Origin: Armatimonadota bacterium
Lineage (GTDB): Bacteria > Armatimonadota > Armatimonadia > Armatimonadales > Armatimonadaceae
Assembly (NCBI GenBank): GCA_043754515.1
Contig: JAYUUO010000146.1
Span: 1-11,875 of the forward strand
Length of the DNA stretch: 11,875 nt
Direction of reading: 5' to 3'
The notes below the pieces were generated by a model. That model worked only from the letters and a program-made list of their open reading frames with translations, was not told the origin of the DNA and did no database searches. Position numbers and translations under genes: made by a program. This document shows, in pieces, positions 1-6,957 of the stretch; the first letter of the stretch is position 1, and each line of letters starts with the position of its first letter.

Positions 1-309
1 CCGATGACCCAGTATGATGCCATCGCGCCGACAATCAACGTGTTTACTGGCAAGCCGGACAACGCGGACGTCTACACCGCGATCCTGCCCGACGCGAAGA
101 TACTCGGCGAGGTCAACGCCCGCACCGCCTATCGCGCCGCCGACAGCGCGCGGATGCTAAACGCCCGCCGCGAAGAGTCCGGCCCCGATGAGATCCTGAA
201 CGAGATCCTGTGGCGCGACATCAAGGGGAGAAACGCGCCGCTCCCGGCGAAGCATTACGGAGTGCGCACGGCGGTCCGTCCCCTGCCGTTCCGGGACGGC
301 GACGATTAG
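1..309 (+). CDS. C-terminal end of a bifunctional YncE-family beta-propeller / alkaline-phosphatase-family (phosphoesterase) protein; 5' part lies outside the window
   Basis: The frame is open from base 1 to TAG at 307-309. PMTQYDA...FTGKPD...Y.A...N..TAY.A..S.RM....E..PDEILNEILW..IKG matches the C-terminus I recall for this family. Confidence 0.6.
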   Translation, partial: PMTQYDAIAPTINVFTGKPDNADVYTAILPDAKILGEVNARTAYRAADSARMLNARREESGPDEILNEILWRDIKGRNAPLPAKHYGVRTAVRPLPFRDGDD

Positions 310-332
310 CTAGCGGGAAAGCCGACGCCTCC

Positions 333-404
333 GGCGTTGATCCGTTCGCGGGAGGCGGGGGGGACGGACCGCCCCCGCCGTTACCCAAGGACGAGATCAA
401 CGCC
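333..404. terminator. Long interrupted inverted repeat between convergent genes; possible bidirectional terminator or structured element
   Basis: Nested pairings GGCGTTGATC(333-342)/GATCAACGCC(395-404), CGTTC/GGACG, GGG/CCC and GGCGGGGG(354-361)/CCCCCGCC(372-379). No U-tract on either side. Confidence 0.5.
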
Positions 405-410
405 AGGTGA

Positions 411-1883
411 TCAGCCGAGACGTGAGAGCAGAGCCTCATGCCGTTCCCGCGCCGCCGCGTACACCGCGCGGGTCGCGGGGTTCGGCTCGAACCGTTGTCC
501 CAGGGCGAAGGAGACCTCATCCACCCGCCCATACCCGAGTCGTTCGCGAACCCACAACGCCACGCCGTGCGAGGACCCCTCCCCCTCCGCCGAAAGCACG
601 ATGGGTTCGCCAAGTACATCCGCCAGTATTCGTGCCCACGCGGGCGAGTGAAGCAGCCCCCCGCCGGTGCCGATGATCTCCGCCCGTGGTGCCACCGACA
701 GCAGGCGTTCTCGGACGGCGGCGAAGCGATACGCGACGGATTCCATCGCGGCGCGGGCGATTTCGAGCGGTGTCGTCGCCTGTGTCAGACCGGAGATAGT
801 CGCGGTCAACTTGTCGCGCCAGAGCGGGGCGCGTTCCCCAGCGAGGAACGGTAGCACGGTGAGGCGGTGGCCGTCCGGGGGTAGCGCGTCCAGAGCGGCT
901 TCCGTCGCGTCGCGCGGCGTGTCAGGAAGGCGGATAGTATCCTCAAGCCACGCCCACACATTGCCGCCGTTCGAGAGTGCCCCCCCGATAAGATAACGGT
1001 CTTTGTCCGCGCGGTACCGCCATAGACCAGGCGGCACGGGCGGAGGCGTCGCGCCCGAAACCGCGACGCGTAGCGCGCCAGAGGTGCCAATCATTAGCAC
1101 GATCTTGTCCGGCGTGACGCCGCCCGCGCCTAGGTTCGAGCAGGCACCGTCGCCGAGCGCGGGGTAGAACGGCACGTCCGCGAGGCGGGGCAGTTGCTCG
1201 CGGTACGGCGACAGCAGGCCATGTACCGGCTCATCGCTCACTGGCGACAGCCGCGCGGCCGACATGCCGGGTAGCCACGACAGCATCTCCCCATCCCACG
1301 CCTCGGCGTGCGCGTCCCATAGCCCCGTTCCGCTCGCCATCGAGAACGATTGCGTCACCCGTTCCCGCCCGAACCAGCGACAAAATAGGTACTCGCCGGG
1401 GGAAAGGAAGCGGTCGCACCGCGCGAACAGATCCGCGTCCGTTTGGGCGAGGTAGAGCAGTTTCCCCGGCAGGTAAGACGTGTGCAGGGGACAGCCGGTA
1501 CGCTCAGTGTACGCGGTGGCATCCAATTCGGAGCGGAGCGTCTCGACCTGCATGAACGACCGGCGATCCGACCAGAGCAGAATGGGCGTCAGCGCGTCGC
1601 CGCGTGCGTCCACGGCGAGGGCAGAGTGCCAGAAGGTGCAGACCGCGACCGCGGCGATAGGGGCGTCCGGCTTGGCGGCGAGCGCATCCGCGAGACAGGC
1701 GACGGCATCCGCAAGGAGCTTGTCGCCGTCAAGGGTTACTCCCCCACCGGCGGTCATGTCGGGTTCGTGTGGGCGGCTCGAAATGGTTCCGGGGACCAGG
1801 GCACCGGTTCCGGCGTTGTAAAGGCCACAACGCGTAGACGAGGTGCCGATGTCGAGTGTCAGTATGAGGTCAGTATCGGGCAT
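411..1883 (-). CDS. gntK: FGGY-family carbohydrate kinase, gluconokinase-like (490 aa)
   Basis: Motifs LDIGTSS, TFWHS, P.LLWSDRR, RTGCPLH.SY, SMASGTGL, GDGACSNLG.G, IGTSGALR, GGALSNGGN, LPFLAGERAP and GGGLLHSP.W.RILADVLG. Start placed at ATG 1883 (MPDTDLILTLDIG), just before the first beta-strand. Confidence 0.8.
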   Translation of the reverse strand: MPDTDLILTLDIGTSSTRCGLYNAGTGALVPGTISSRPHEPDMTAGGGVTLDGDKLLADAVACLADALAAKPDAPIAAVAVCTFWHSALAVDARGDALTPILLWSDRRSFMQVETLRSELDATAYTERTGCPLHTSYLPGKLLYLAQTDADLFARCDRFLSPGEYLFCRWFGRERVTQSFSMASGTGLWDAHAEAWDGEMLSWLPGMSAARLSPVSDEPVHGLLSPYREQLPRLADVPFYPALGDGACSNLGAGGVTPDKIVLMIGTSGALRVAVSGATPPPVPPGLWRYRADKDRYLIGGALSNGGNVWAWLEDTIRLPDTPRDATEAALDALPPDGHRLTVLPFLAGERAPLWRDKLTATISGLTQATTPLEIARAAMESVAYRFAAVRERLLSVAPRAEIIGTGGGLLHSPAWARILADVLGEPIVLSAEGEGSSHGVALWVRERLGYGRVDEVSFALGQRFEPNPATRAVYAAARERHEALLSRLG

Positions 1884-1890
1884 TCCCTCG

Positions 1891-1896
1891 ATTATA
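1891..1896 (-). promoter_or_regulatory. -10 box TATAAT, 7 nt upstream of the kinase ATG (leaderless-type)
   Basis: Minus strand reads gtTATAATcgagggaATG. Confidence 0.6.
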
Positions 1897-1960
1897 ACGA
1901 CGCGGACCCTTTTTCGGCAAACGTGCGTGAAGGTTTCGTCAGTTTCATACTCCAAAGGGG

Positions 1961-1966
1961 TAAAAT
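1961..1966 (+). promoter_or_regulatory. -10 box TAAAAT, 6 nt upstream of the DUF2721 GTG (leaderless-type)
   Basis: Reads ggggTAAAATaggagtGTG. The AGGAG is only 1 nt from the start codon, too close to act as an SD. Confidence 0.55.
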
Positions 1967-1972
1967 AGGAGT

Positions 1973-2431
1973 GTGGAAGTCAATCTGCAAACCCCCGCGC
2001 TCCTGTTCCCGGCGATCTCGCTCCTGATGCTCGCGTACACGAACCGCTTCCTGGCACTCGCATCACTCATCCGCTCGCTACATGCCGCGTACCGGAGCAA
2101 GCCGGACGCGCGGCTACTGGCGCAGATCAAAAACCTACGCGCTCGCGTGTACCTCGTGCGCAACATGCAACTGCTCGGCGTGACCGCGATTTTGCTCTGT
2201 GTTCTCGCCATGTTCCTCTTTTACGAACGCGCCGACCAGCCCGCGCGTTGGGTGTTCGGCGCGGGGATGGTCGCTTTAATGACGTCGCTCGTATTCTCCC
2301 TACGCGAGATCCAGATCTCGGTGAACGCGTTGAACCTGCAACTCTCGGATTTGGAGCGGGACGAGAAGCATCTGCCCCCGCTGGTCGGCGAGGATACACA
2401 GGGCGCGCACGAACGGGGAGAGCGAACCTGA
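1973..2431 (+). CDS. DUF2721-family membrane protein
   Basis: TPALLFPAISLLMLAYTNRFLALA.LIR.LH, QI.NLR.R..L.RNMQ.LGV and SL.EIQISV.AL.L.LSDLE are the characteristic sequence of this family. About 3 hydrophobic segments. Confidence 0.8.
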   Translation: MEVNLQTPALLFPAISLLMLAYTNRFLALASLIRSLHAAYRSKPDARLLAQIKNLRARVYLVRNMQLLGVTAILLCVLAMFLFYERADQPARWVFGAGMVALMTSLVFSLREIQISVNALNLQLSDLERDEKHLPPLVGEDTQGAHERGERT

Positions 2432-2485
2432 TCCCGAGAGTCCGTGTTACCTGATCGCGAGCGTGATGCTGATCTCTACACGCAT

Positions 2486-2514
2486 GGCGGAAAATAGCCA
2501 ACTATTCTTTCGCC
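2486..2514. terminator. Hairpin downstream of DUF2721; possible terminator
   Basis: GGCGGAAAATAG-ccaa-CTATTcTTTCGCC gives 12 bp with one bulge and one G-U. No U-tract. Confidence 0.3.
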
Positions 2515-2643
2515 AGCCCGCGATACATGTGTGTCGTAAGGGTTTGCACTCATGTCACGCGGGGTACCATATGTCAAGATAACCAAGGTGGGTTATCAAG
2601 ATGGTAGGATATGGATCCGATAGCATTGCCTTGGTTGACTGCT

Positions 2644-3201
2644 TCAGGCTGTCTTCCGCCGAGATTCCCACCCCCAGATACAGTCCCTGTTGTGACGCTC
2701 CGCCAACATCATAAACCGCTCCACTATGTCGTCGCGTATGCCCGCGTGAACCCCGCAAGAACGGCGCGCTAGGCCGCTCTGGCGCTGGCGACTCAGAGAA
2801 ACCGCCCGAGGCGGTTTTCTTGCCTTATTGTTAAAGCCCTCGATGCGGCTCGTGCGCCCGCTCCCCTTTGCACACACGCTATGCCCTCCCACCGTGCCCC
2901 GAGGCGAAGAAACGTCTGTAGGCCCCCACCCGTCCGTGTCTACCGGCGGTCGTTTTCCGCGGCGGAAATACGAGTCACCCCGGTAATCCAAGGGCACATC
3001 CCTCCAGAGTGACGCTACCCCCTCATCCGAACGATCCCCTAGATCGAGCCCGATAACGTGGCCGACCTTGCGGGAGATGGCGATCCAGAGCCACAGGGGG
3101 GGGCTTCGGCGGACACAAATCTCGTTGACCTCGATCACGTTTCCTTCGGGGACACTCACGGAGGGTAAGCCTCGATCCTCTATCCCGTCGGCGTTTTTTT
3201 T
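2644..3201 (-). pseudogene. insB: IS1 InsB (DDE) catalytic frame, probably inactive
   Basis: Motifs IEVNE (expected ..DE), WLWIAISR...VIG..LGDRS, LW, TDGW, KGSG.TS.IE.FN and RQR.SGL.RRS. The frame is open back to the A-run in the -1 phase relative to insA. First catalytic Asp appears as Asn, and there are several indels. Confidence 0.75.
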
Positions 3202-3407
3202 CGCAGGTTACGTATGGTCAGGCGGCTGACCCGGAACGTGCGCGCTATCCCGCGTTGCGAAATGCGTTCGGTGAGGGCGGCCTCGATCGCGGCTTGCTTC
3301 GTCGGGTTCAGAGCGCGACTACGCCCCTCCAGGGTGAACGTCTTCCGGCAGGATTTGCACCGGTTCCGCAAGGTCCTGTTGCGGTTATGACCGAACCTGC
3401 TGATCAT
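3180..3407 (-). pseudogene. insA: IS1 InsA (zinc ribbon + HTH), N-terminally truncated
   Basis: RFGHN......RCKSCRKTFT, then HTH ERISQRGIARTFRVSRLTI, ending LRKK. The first CxxC pair is absent upstream. Confidence 0.75.
3193..3201 (-). other. Programmed -1 ribosomal frameshift site (AAAAAAAAC)
   Basis: A8C at the end of insA. A -1 shift enters the insB frame (KKNADGIEDRGLPSVSVPEGNVIEVNE), as established for IS1 A6C sites. Confidence 0.75.
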
Positions 3408-4413
3408 CACGGACGCCGCGAAGAAGGGATGACTATTGAGCCAGATCTACCACTTTAACATGGCGAATGACGGCAAGTTGCACGTCACCCCGAAGTTCAT
3501 GGACACGCGCGAGGCGATACAGGCTATATTAAACGGCAAAGAGCATCCCGCCTTGTGGTCGCCCTCCGGATCTCGTTGGGCGACCGCGCTCGCGGATGCC
3601 TGGACGAAGACTCACGCGGGGGAACCGAACCCGATCCGTGCCAACGACTCGGAATCCTACCGGACGTATCTGCGCACCCCGCTCGTTTTTCTAACGACCC
3701 GAGACAAAGCGGCCTCGCTGGGTAAAGCCCTAGTCGCCGACAGCCGCTCATCGTGGGCTGCGCTCCATGAACTCCGCATACATCCGCTCCCCGGAAAAGC
3801 GACCCGCTTCTCGCATCCCGATCCCCGCTCCTCAAGCGTCGGCTTCGCGACGCTCGGTATGTTTCTAGCCGACTACGCACGGATCGCTAAGAATACAGAC
3901 GTGTCAAAAGCAGCGAATGATCTAGGCTTCGTCGGCTACTTAGCGGATATGAAATCGTACTCCGTCAGCGACCCATCCTTCCGGGGCGACGCGACCGTGC
4001 TTTGTAATGCGTTCGCGGAAAATCGTTTGGTCGCCGATATGGTTGTGGTATCCAAGAGTGACGCGCTAGCTACTTGCGCGAAACACCCGGAACTCGCGGT
4101 GCTGTACCCCTCCCCTACGACCGCCGCCGACCAGAGCGTCGCGGTACTCGAAGCGAAGTAGGTGACGCCGGACGAACGCGCCGGGGCGAAGCAGTTTCTC
4201 GACTTCCTCGGTAGCGACGAATCCGTCGCGGACGGGGTTCGCGAGCACTTCTGACCGACGCAGGAGAGTGCTTCTCTGACGCTCGCCCCGCCGATCAAGG
4301 CGCGGGCGGGGCAAGGCTTCCAATCGCTCTACACGACTAGCGATCTGCCCGACTACGGCGCGATCAACGACGTCAACTTCCAGTTGCATAAGCACATCGC
4401 CGACGGGAAGTAG
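3400..4413 (+). pseudogene. Extracellular substrate-binding-domain protein (SBP_bac_11 / vWA-associated type) pseudogene, 5'-truncated, three in-frame stops
   Basis: A single frame reads LIITDAAKKG*LLSQIYHFN...P.LWSPSGS.W...RTPLV...PDP.SSS.G...YPSPT..AD...LEAK*VTPDERAGAKQFLDFL...HF*P...DGK*. Internal stops at 3430 (TGA), 4159 (TAG) and 4252 (TGA) fall where W, W and R are expected. Confidence 0.75.
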
Positions 4414-4485
4414 CATTGTGGTCAGGAAACGCGGACAGAGCCGTCGCGAAGCCTCCACGACTTGTTGAAGGGCGGGAACGAGAAG

Positions 4486-4512
4486 GCGGCTACTCCGATC
4501 GGGAGTAGCCGC
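4486..4512 (-). terminator. Intrinsic terminator hairpin for the 4538-5035 gene, possibly bidirectional
   Basis: Perfect 11-bp stem GCGGCTACTCC/GGAGTAGCCGC with a 5-nt loop, followed on the minus strand by pyrimidine-rich CTTCTCGTT. Confidence 0.7.
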
Positions 4513-4537
4513 GATGCCAGTCGTGGCCAGGGAGTTG

Positions 4538-5035
4538 TCAACGGGAAACGGTGATACCGGACGAGTACGACTGATCGCCGTTACCCGCGTACCACGACGC
4601 CTGTCGCTCGCCGTTGCCGCCCCGGAGGGAGAATGAGGACGCGTCGCCGGAGATCTTCAGGCTCGCTACGGTCGCGCCACCTGGGGTGCTGAACGTCATT
4701 TGGCCGTCGCCAGTCTCGCTCCCCATGCCATAGTACGCACGTTGCACTCCGTTCTGATCCATAAGTATCAGGCTTGGCGTTGTTTGAAACGAGTCGAGTT
4801 GGAGGCGGGGCGTGCCGTTCTTGTCAAACATGAGGAGTCCCGGCTCGCCATTCGCGTCCGTAGTCATGACGGCGCGAGTGTTGCCCTGTTTATCCGTGAG
4901 CCGTAGCTCCTGGGTGGAGACGACGGACGATGAGACTGCCTTCGGTGCCGTCGTAAAGCGAACGTAGATGTCAAGCGCGCCGAGCACGAAGGCACAGGCG
5001 ATAATGACGCGGGTTTCTTTGCTCCATTGTTGCAT
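4538..5035 (-). CDS. Hypothetical membrane-anchored or exported beta-repeat protein (165 aa)
   Basis: SD-like GGAAAGGA upstream of ATG 5035. N-terminal hydrophobic helix VIIACAFVLGALDIYV, then five 22-24-aa repeats of the form L.L.D.NG..R..L. Has its own -10 box and terminator. Confidence 0.8.
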   Translation of the reverse strand: MQQWSKETRVIIACAFVLGALDIYVRFTTAPKAVSSSVVSTQELRLTDKQGNTRAVMTTDANGEPGLLMFDKNGTPRLQLDSFQTTPSLILMDQNGVQRAYYGMGSETGDGQMTFSTPGGATVASLKISGDASSFSLRGGNGERQASWYAGNGDQSYSSGITVSR

Positions 5036-5111
5036 GGTATTGGGGTGTCCTTTCCTGGATCCATAAATCGGGCGGTGGCATGGCTGCGGCGGGCATCCCT
5101 GCCGTCCGATT

Positions 5112-5117
5112 ATTGTA
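5112..5117 (-). promoter_or_regulatory. -10 box TACAAT for the 4538-5035 gene
   Basis: Minus strand reads ggggTACAATaatc, implying a leader of about 70 nt. Confidence 0.5.
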
Positions 5118-5148
5118 CCCCCTCCCACGCGCGTTGAGCACGGCTATT

Positions 5149-5177
5149 TTGCGCCGCGCGCCGGGCCGTGCTATAAT
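5149..5177 (+). promoter_or_regulatory. Sigma70-type promoter of the ABC substrate-binding gene
   Basis: TTGCGC (5149-5154), 17-nt spacer, then TATAAT (5172-5177) with an extended TG at 5169-5170. Confidence 0.7.
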
Positions 5178-5220
5178 CCCCAACATTCACCCTCCCCTGT
5201 TCACTCGGAAAGGTTTTTAC

Positions 5221-6957
5221 GTGGCACGCATATCCGAAAATGGTTCGTTCTCTCGCCGCCGTCTGCTAACGGCCCTGGTAGTGGCATCCGTTTCGGCGGC
5301 TTCGGGCATGACGCTCGCGGGCTGTCCCTCACGGAGCGGGGGGGCCGGAGGCGGTTCGGGCGGCGCGTCCACTGGTAGTAGCACAAAGCCGGGAGTGTTG
5401 CGCTACGCGCTCACCGCGAACCCGACTACCTTCGACCCCGCCCTCGTGAACGACGGCCCGACTATTGACCTTCTCCAGCAGATGTACGAGGGTCTCGTCG
5501 GATGGAACGTGAAGAGCGAGGTGACCCCGATGCTCGCGAAGGCGTTGCCGAAGGTGTCCCCGGACGGCACGGTTTACACGTTCGTTTTGCGCGACGGTGC
5601 AAAGTTCACGAACGGGCGGGCGGTGACGGCGGAGGACTTCAAATATAGCATCACCCGCTCGCTAGACCCCAAACTCAACTCGCCGGTCGCGATGACTTAC
5701 CTGAACGACATAGCCGGTGCCGAGGCGTTCGCGAAGGGCAAAGCGAGCGAAGTAGTCGGCGTGAAGGTGATTGATCCGAAGACGCTCGAGATAACGCTGG
5801 TCGCGCCGCGCGCCTACTTCCTGGGCAAGTTGACCTACCCGACGTCGTACGCAGTTGCTAGGGAGGAAGTCGAGAAGGGGGAGCAGGGGGGGGGGACCGC
5901 GACGGAGAAGGCTAATGAGAGCGAGAACAGCGGGAAGGGCGAGGGCGGTGCCTTCGCAATCACCCATAAAAACTCGGTGGGCACCGGGCCGTTTGCACTG
6001 GACTCCTACACGCCGCAGAGCATGGTCGCCCTCAAGGCGAACCCCGACTACTGGGGCGGCGCGCCGCAACTCAAAGGCATCGAGCGTAAGATCGTGCTGG
6101 ACACGAAGACCGCGCGGAACCTGTTCGACTCCGGCGAGCTTGACATCGTCGTTTTAGAGAAGGGCGACTACGCGCAGGACAAAGACAACGCCGCGATCAA
6201 AAGCCAGATCAAGCTGTTCGACCGATCCGCGACCTTCTACCTCGGGCTGAACCAGACGCAGTACCCGCCATTCAAGGACAAGCGGGTGCGCCAGGCGGTG
6301 GCATACGCTGTGGACAAGGACGCCATCGTCCAGAGCGTGTTGCAGGGCGTGAACCAGAGAGCGGGCGGCGTGCTACCGAAAGGCATTCCGGGCTACGACG
6401 CGGCGATAACGGGGATGCCACACGACGTCGAAAAAGCGAAGAAGTTGCTTGCCGACGCCGGGTTCGCGGGCGGGAAGGGCCTTCCCCCGCTGACACTGAC
6501 CTTCCGTGAGAAACAGCCCGACCTTTCCAAAACGGCCGAAGTGGTGAAGGAGCAGCTCGCGGCGATCGGGATTCCCGTGGATTTGAACGAGATGGAGTGG
6601 GGCACCTTCTTGAAAAAGACCGACAACCGCGAGATCCCGTTCTTCCACATGCGCTGGAGCGCGGATTACCTAGACCCTCAAAACTTCCTGTCCGTCCTGC
6701 TGACCTCGAAATCCCCGGAGAACCGCACCGGTTACAGCAACGCCGCGTACGACCGGCTGTGTGACCTGGCGGACAGCGAGACCGACCCGAAGAAGCGGAA
6801 GGCTCTTTACAATCAGGCGGAGAAACTGGTCATAGAGGACGCGCCGTGGGTGCCCCTCTACTACCAAAAAGACATCGAGTTAATCAAGCCGTACGTGTCC
6901 GGCATCCGCGATTCGCTGATGGGACACCTGCCACACATCACGGTTACGGTGGCTTAG
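5221..6957 (+). CDS. Peptide/nickel ABC transporter substrate-binding protein (family 5, OppA/DppA-like); Tat-exported lipoprotein
   Basis: GTG start after SD GAAAGG. Twin-arginine SRRRLL, h-region, lipobox LAGC and Gly/Ser linker. Family-5 motifs YEGLV...P.LA.....SPDG.VYTF.LR...KF.NG..VTAED, VGTGPF, NPDYWG, PPF.DKRVRQA...AVDK and W.ADY.DP.NFL. Confidence 0.92.
   Translation: MARISENGSFSRRRLLTALVVASVSAASGMTLAGCPSRSGGAGGGSGGASTGSSTKPGVLRYALTANPTTFDPALVNDGPTIDLLQQMYEGLVGWNVKSEVTPMLAKALPKVSPDGTVYTFVLRDGAKFTNGRAVTAEDFKYSITRSLDPKLNSPVAMTYLNDIAGAEAFAKGKASEVVGVKVIDPKTLEITLVAPRAYFLGKLTYPTSYAVAREEVEKGEQGGGTATEKANESENSGKGEGGAFAITHKNSVGTGPFALDSYTPQSMVALKANPDYWGGAPQLKGIERKIVLDTKTARNLFDSGELDIVVLEKGDYAQDKDNAAIKSQIKLFDRSATFYLGLNQTQYPPFKDKRVRQAVAYAVDKDAIVQSVLQGVNQRAGGVLPKGIPGYDAAITGMPHDVEKAKKLLADAGFAGGKGLPPLTLTFREKQPDLSKTAEVVKEQLAAIGIPVDLNEMEWGTFLKKTDNREIPFFHMRWSADYLDPQNFLSVLLTSKSPENRTGYSNAAYDRLCDLADSETDPKKRKALYNQAEKLVIEDAPWVPLYYQKDIELIKPYVSGIRDSLMGHLPHITVTVA

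Larger units (their letters stand above)
2603..3405 (-). mobile_element. Degenerate, 5'-truncated IS1-family insertion sequence
   Basis: InsA-like and InsB-like frames overlap at an A8C slippery site. A possible right end GGTAG lies at 2603 (uncertain). The left end and first CxxC are missing because the sequence switches to a different gene at about 3400. Confidence 0.8.

Noticed and set aside
1443..2027. 194-aa plus-strand ORF and the many other 60-190-aa ORFs overlapping gntK, the ABC gene, mutY and cysS
   Set aside because: They are antisense or off-frame shadows, Arg/Pro/Ala-rich and motif-free, as expected in high-GC DNA.
2521..2536. Imperfect palindrome CGATACATGTGTGTCG as an operator
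   Set aside because: Only 12/16 symmetric, single copy, and it matches no box I can name.
5080..5220. 47-codon N-terminal extension of the ABC protein; likewise 1884-1955, 5036-5128 and 8516-8566 of other ORFs
   Set aside because: These extensions run across the putative -10 boxes and precede the signal peptide or first conserved motif, so downstream starts fit better.
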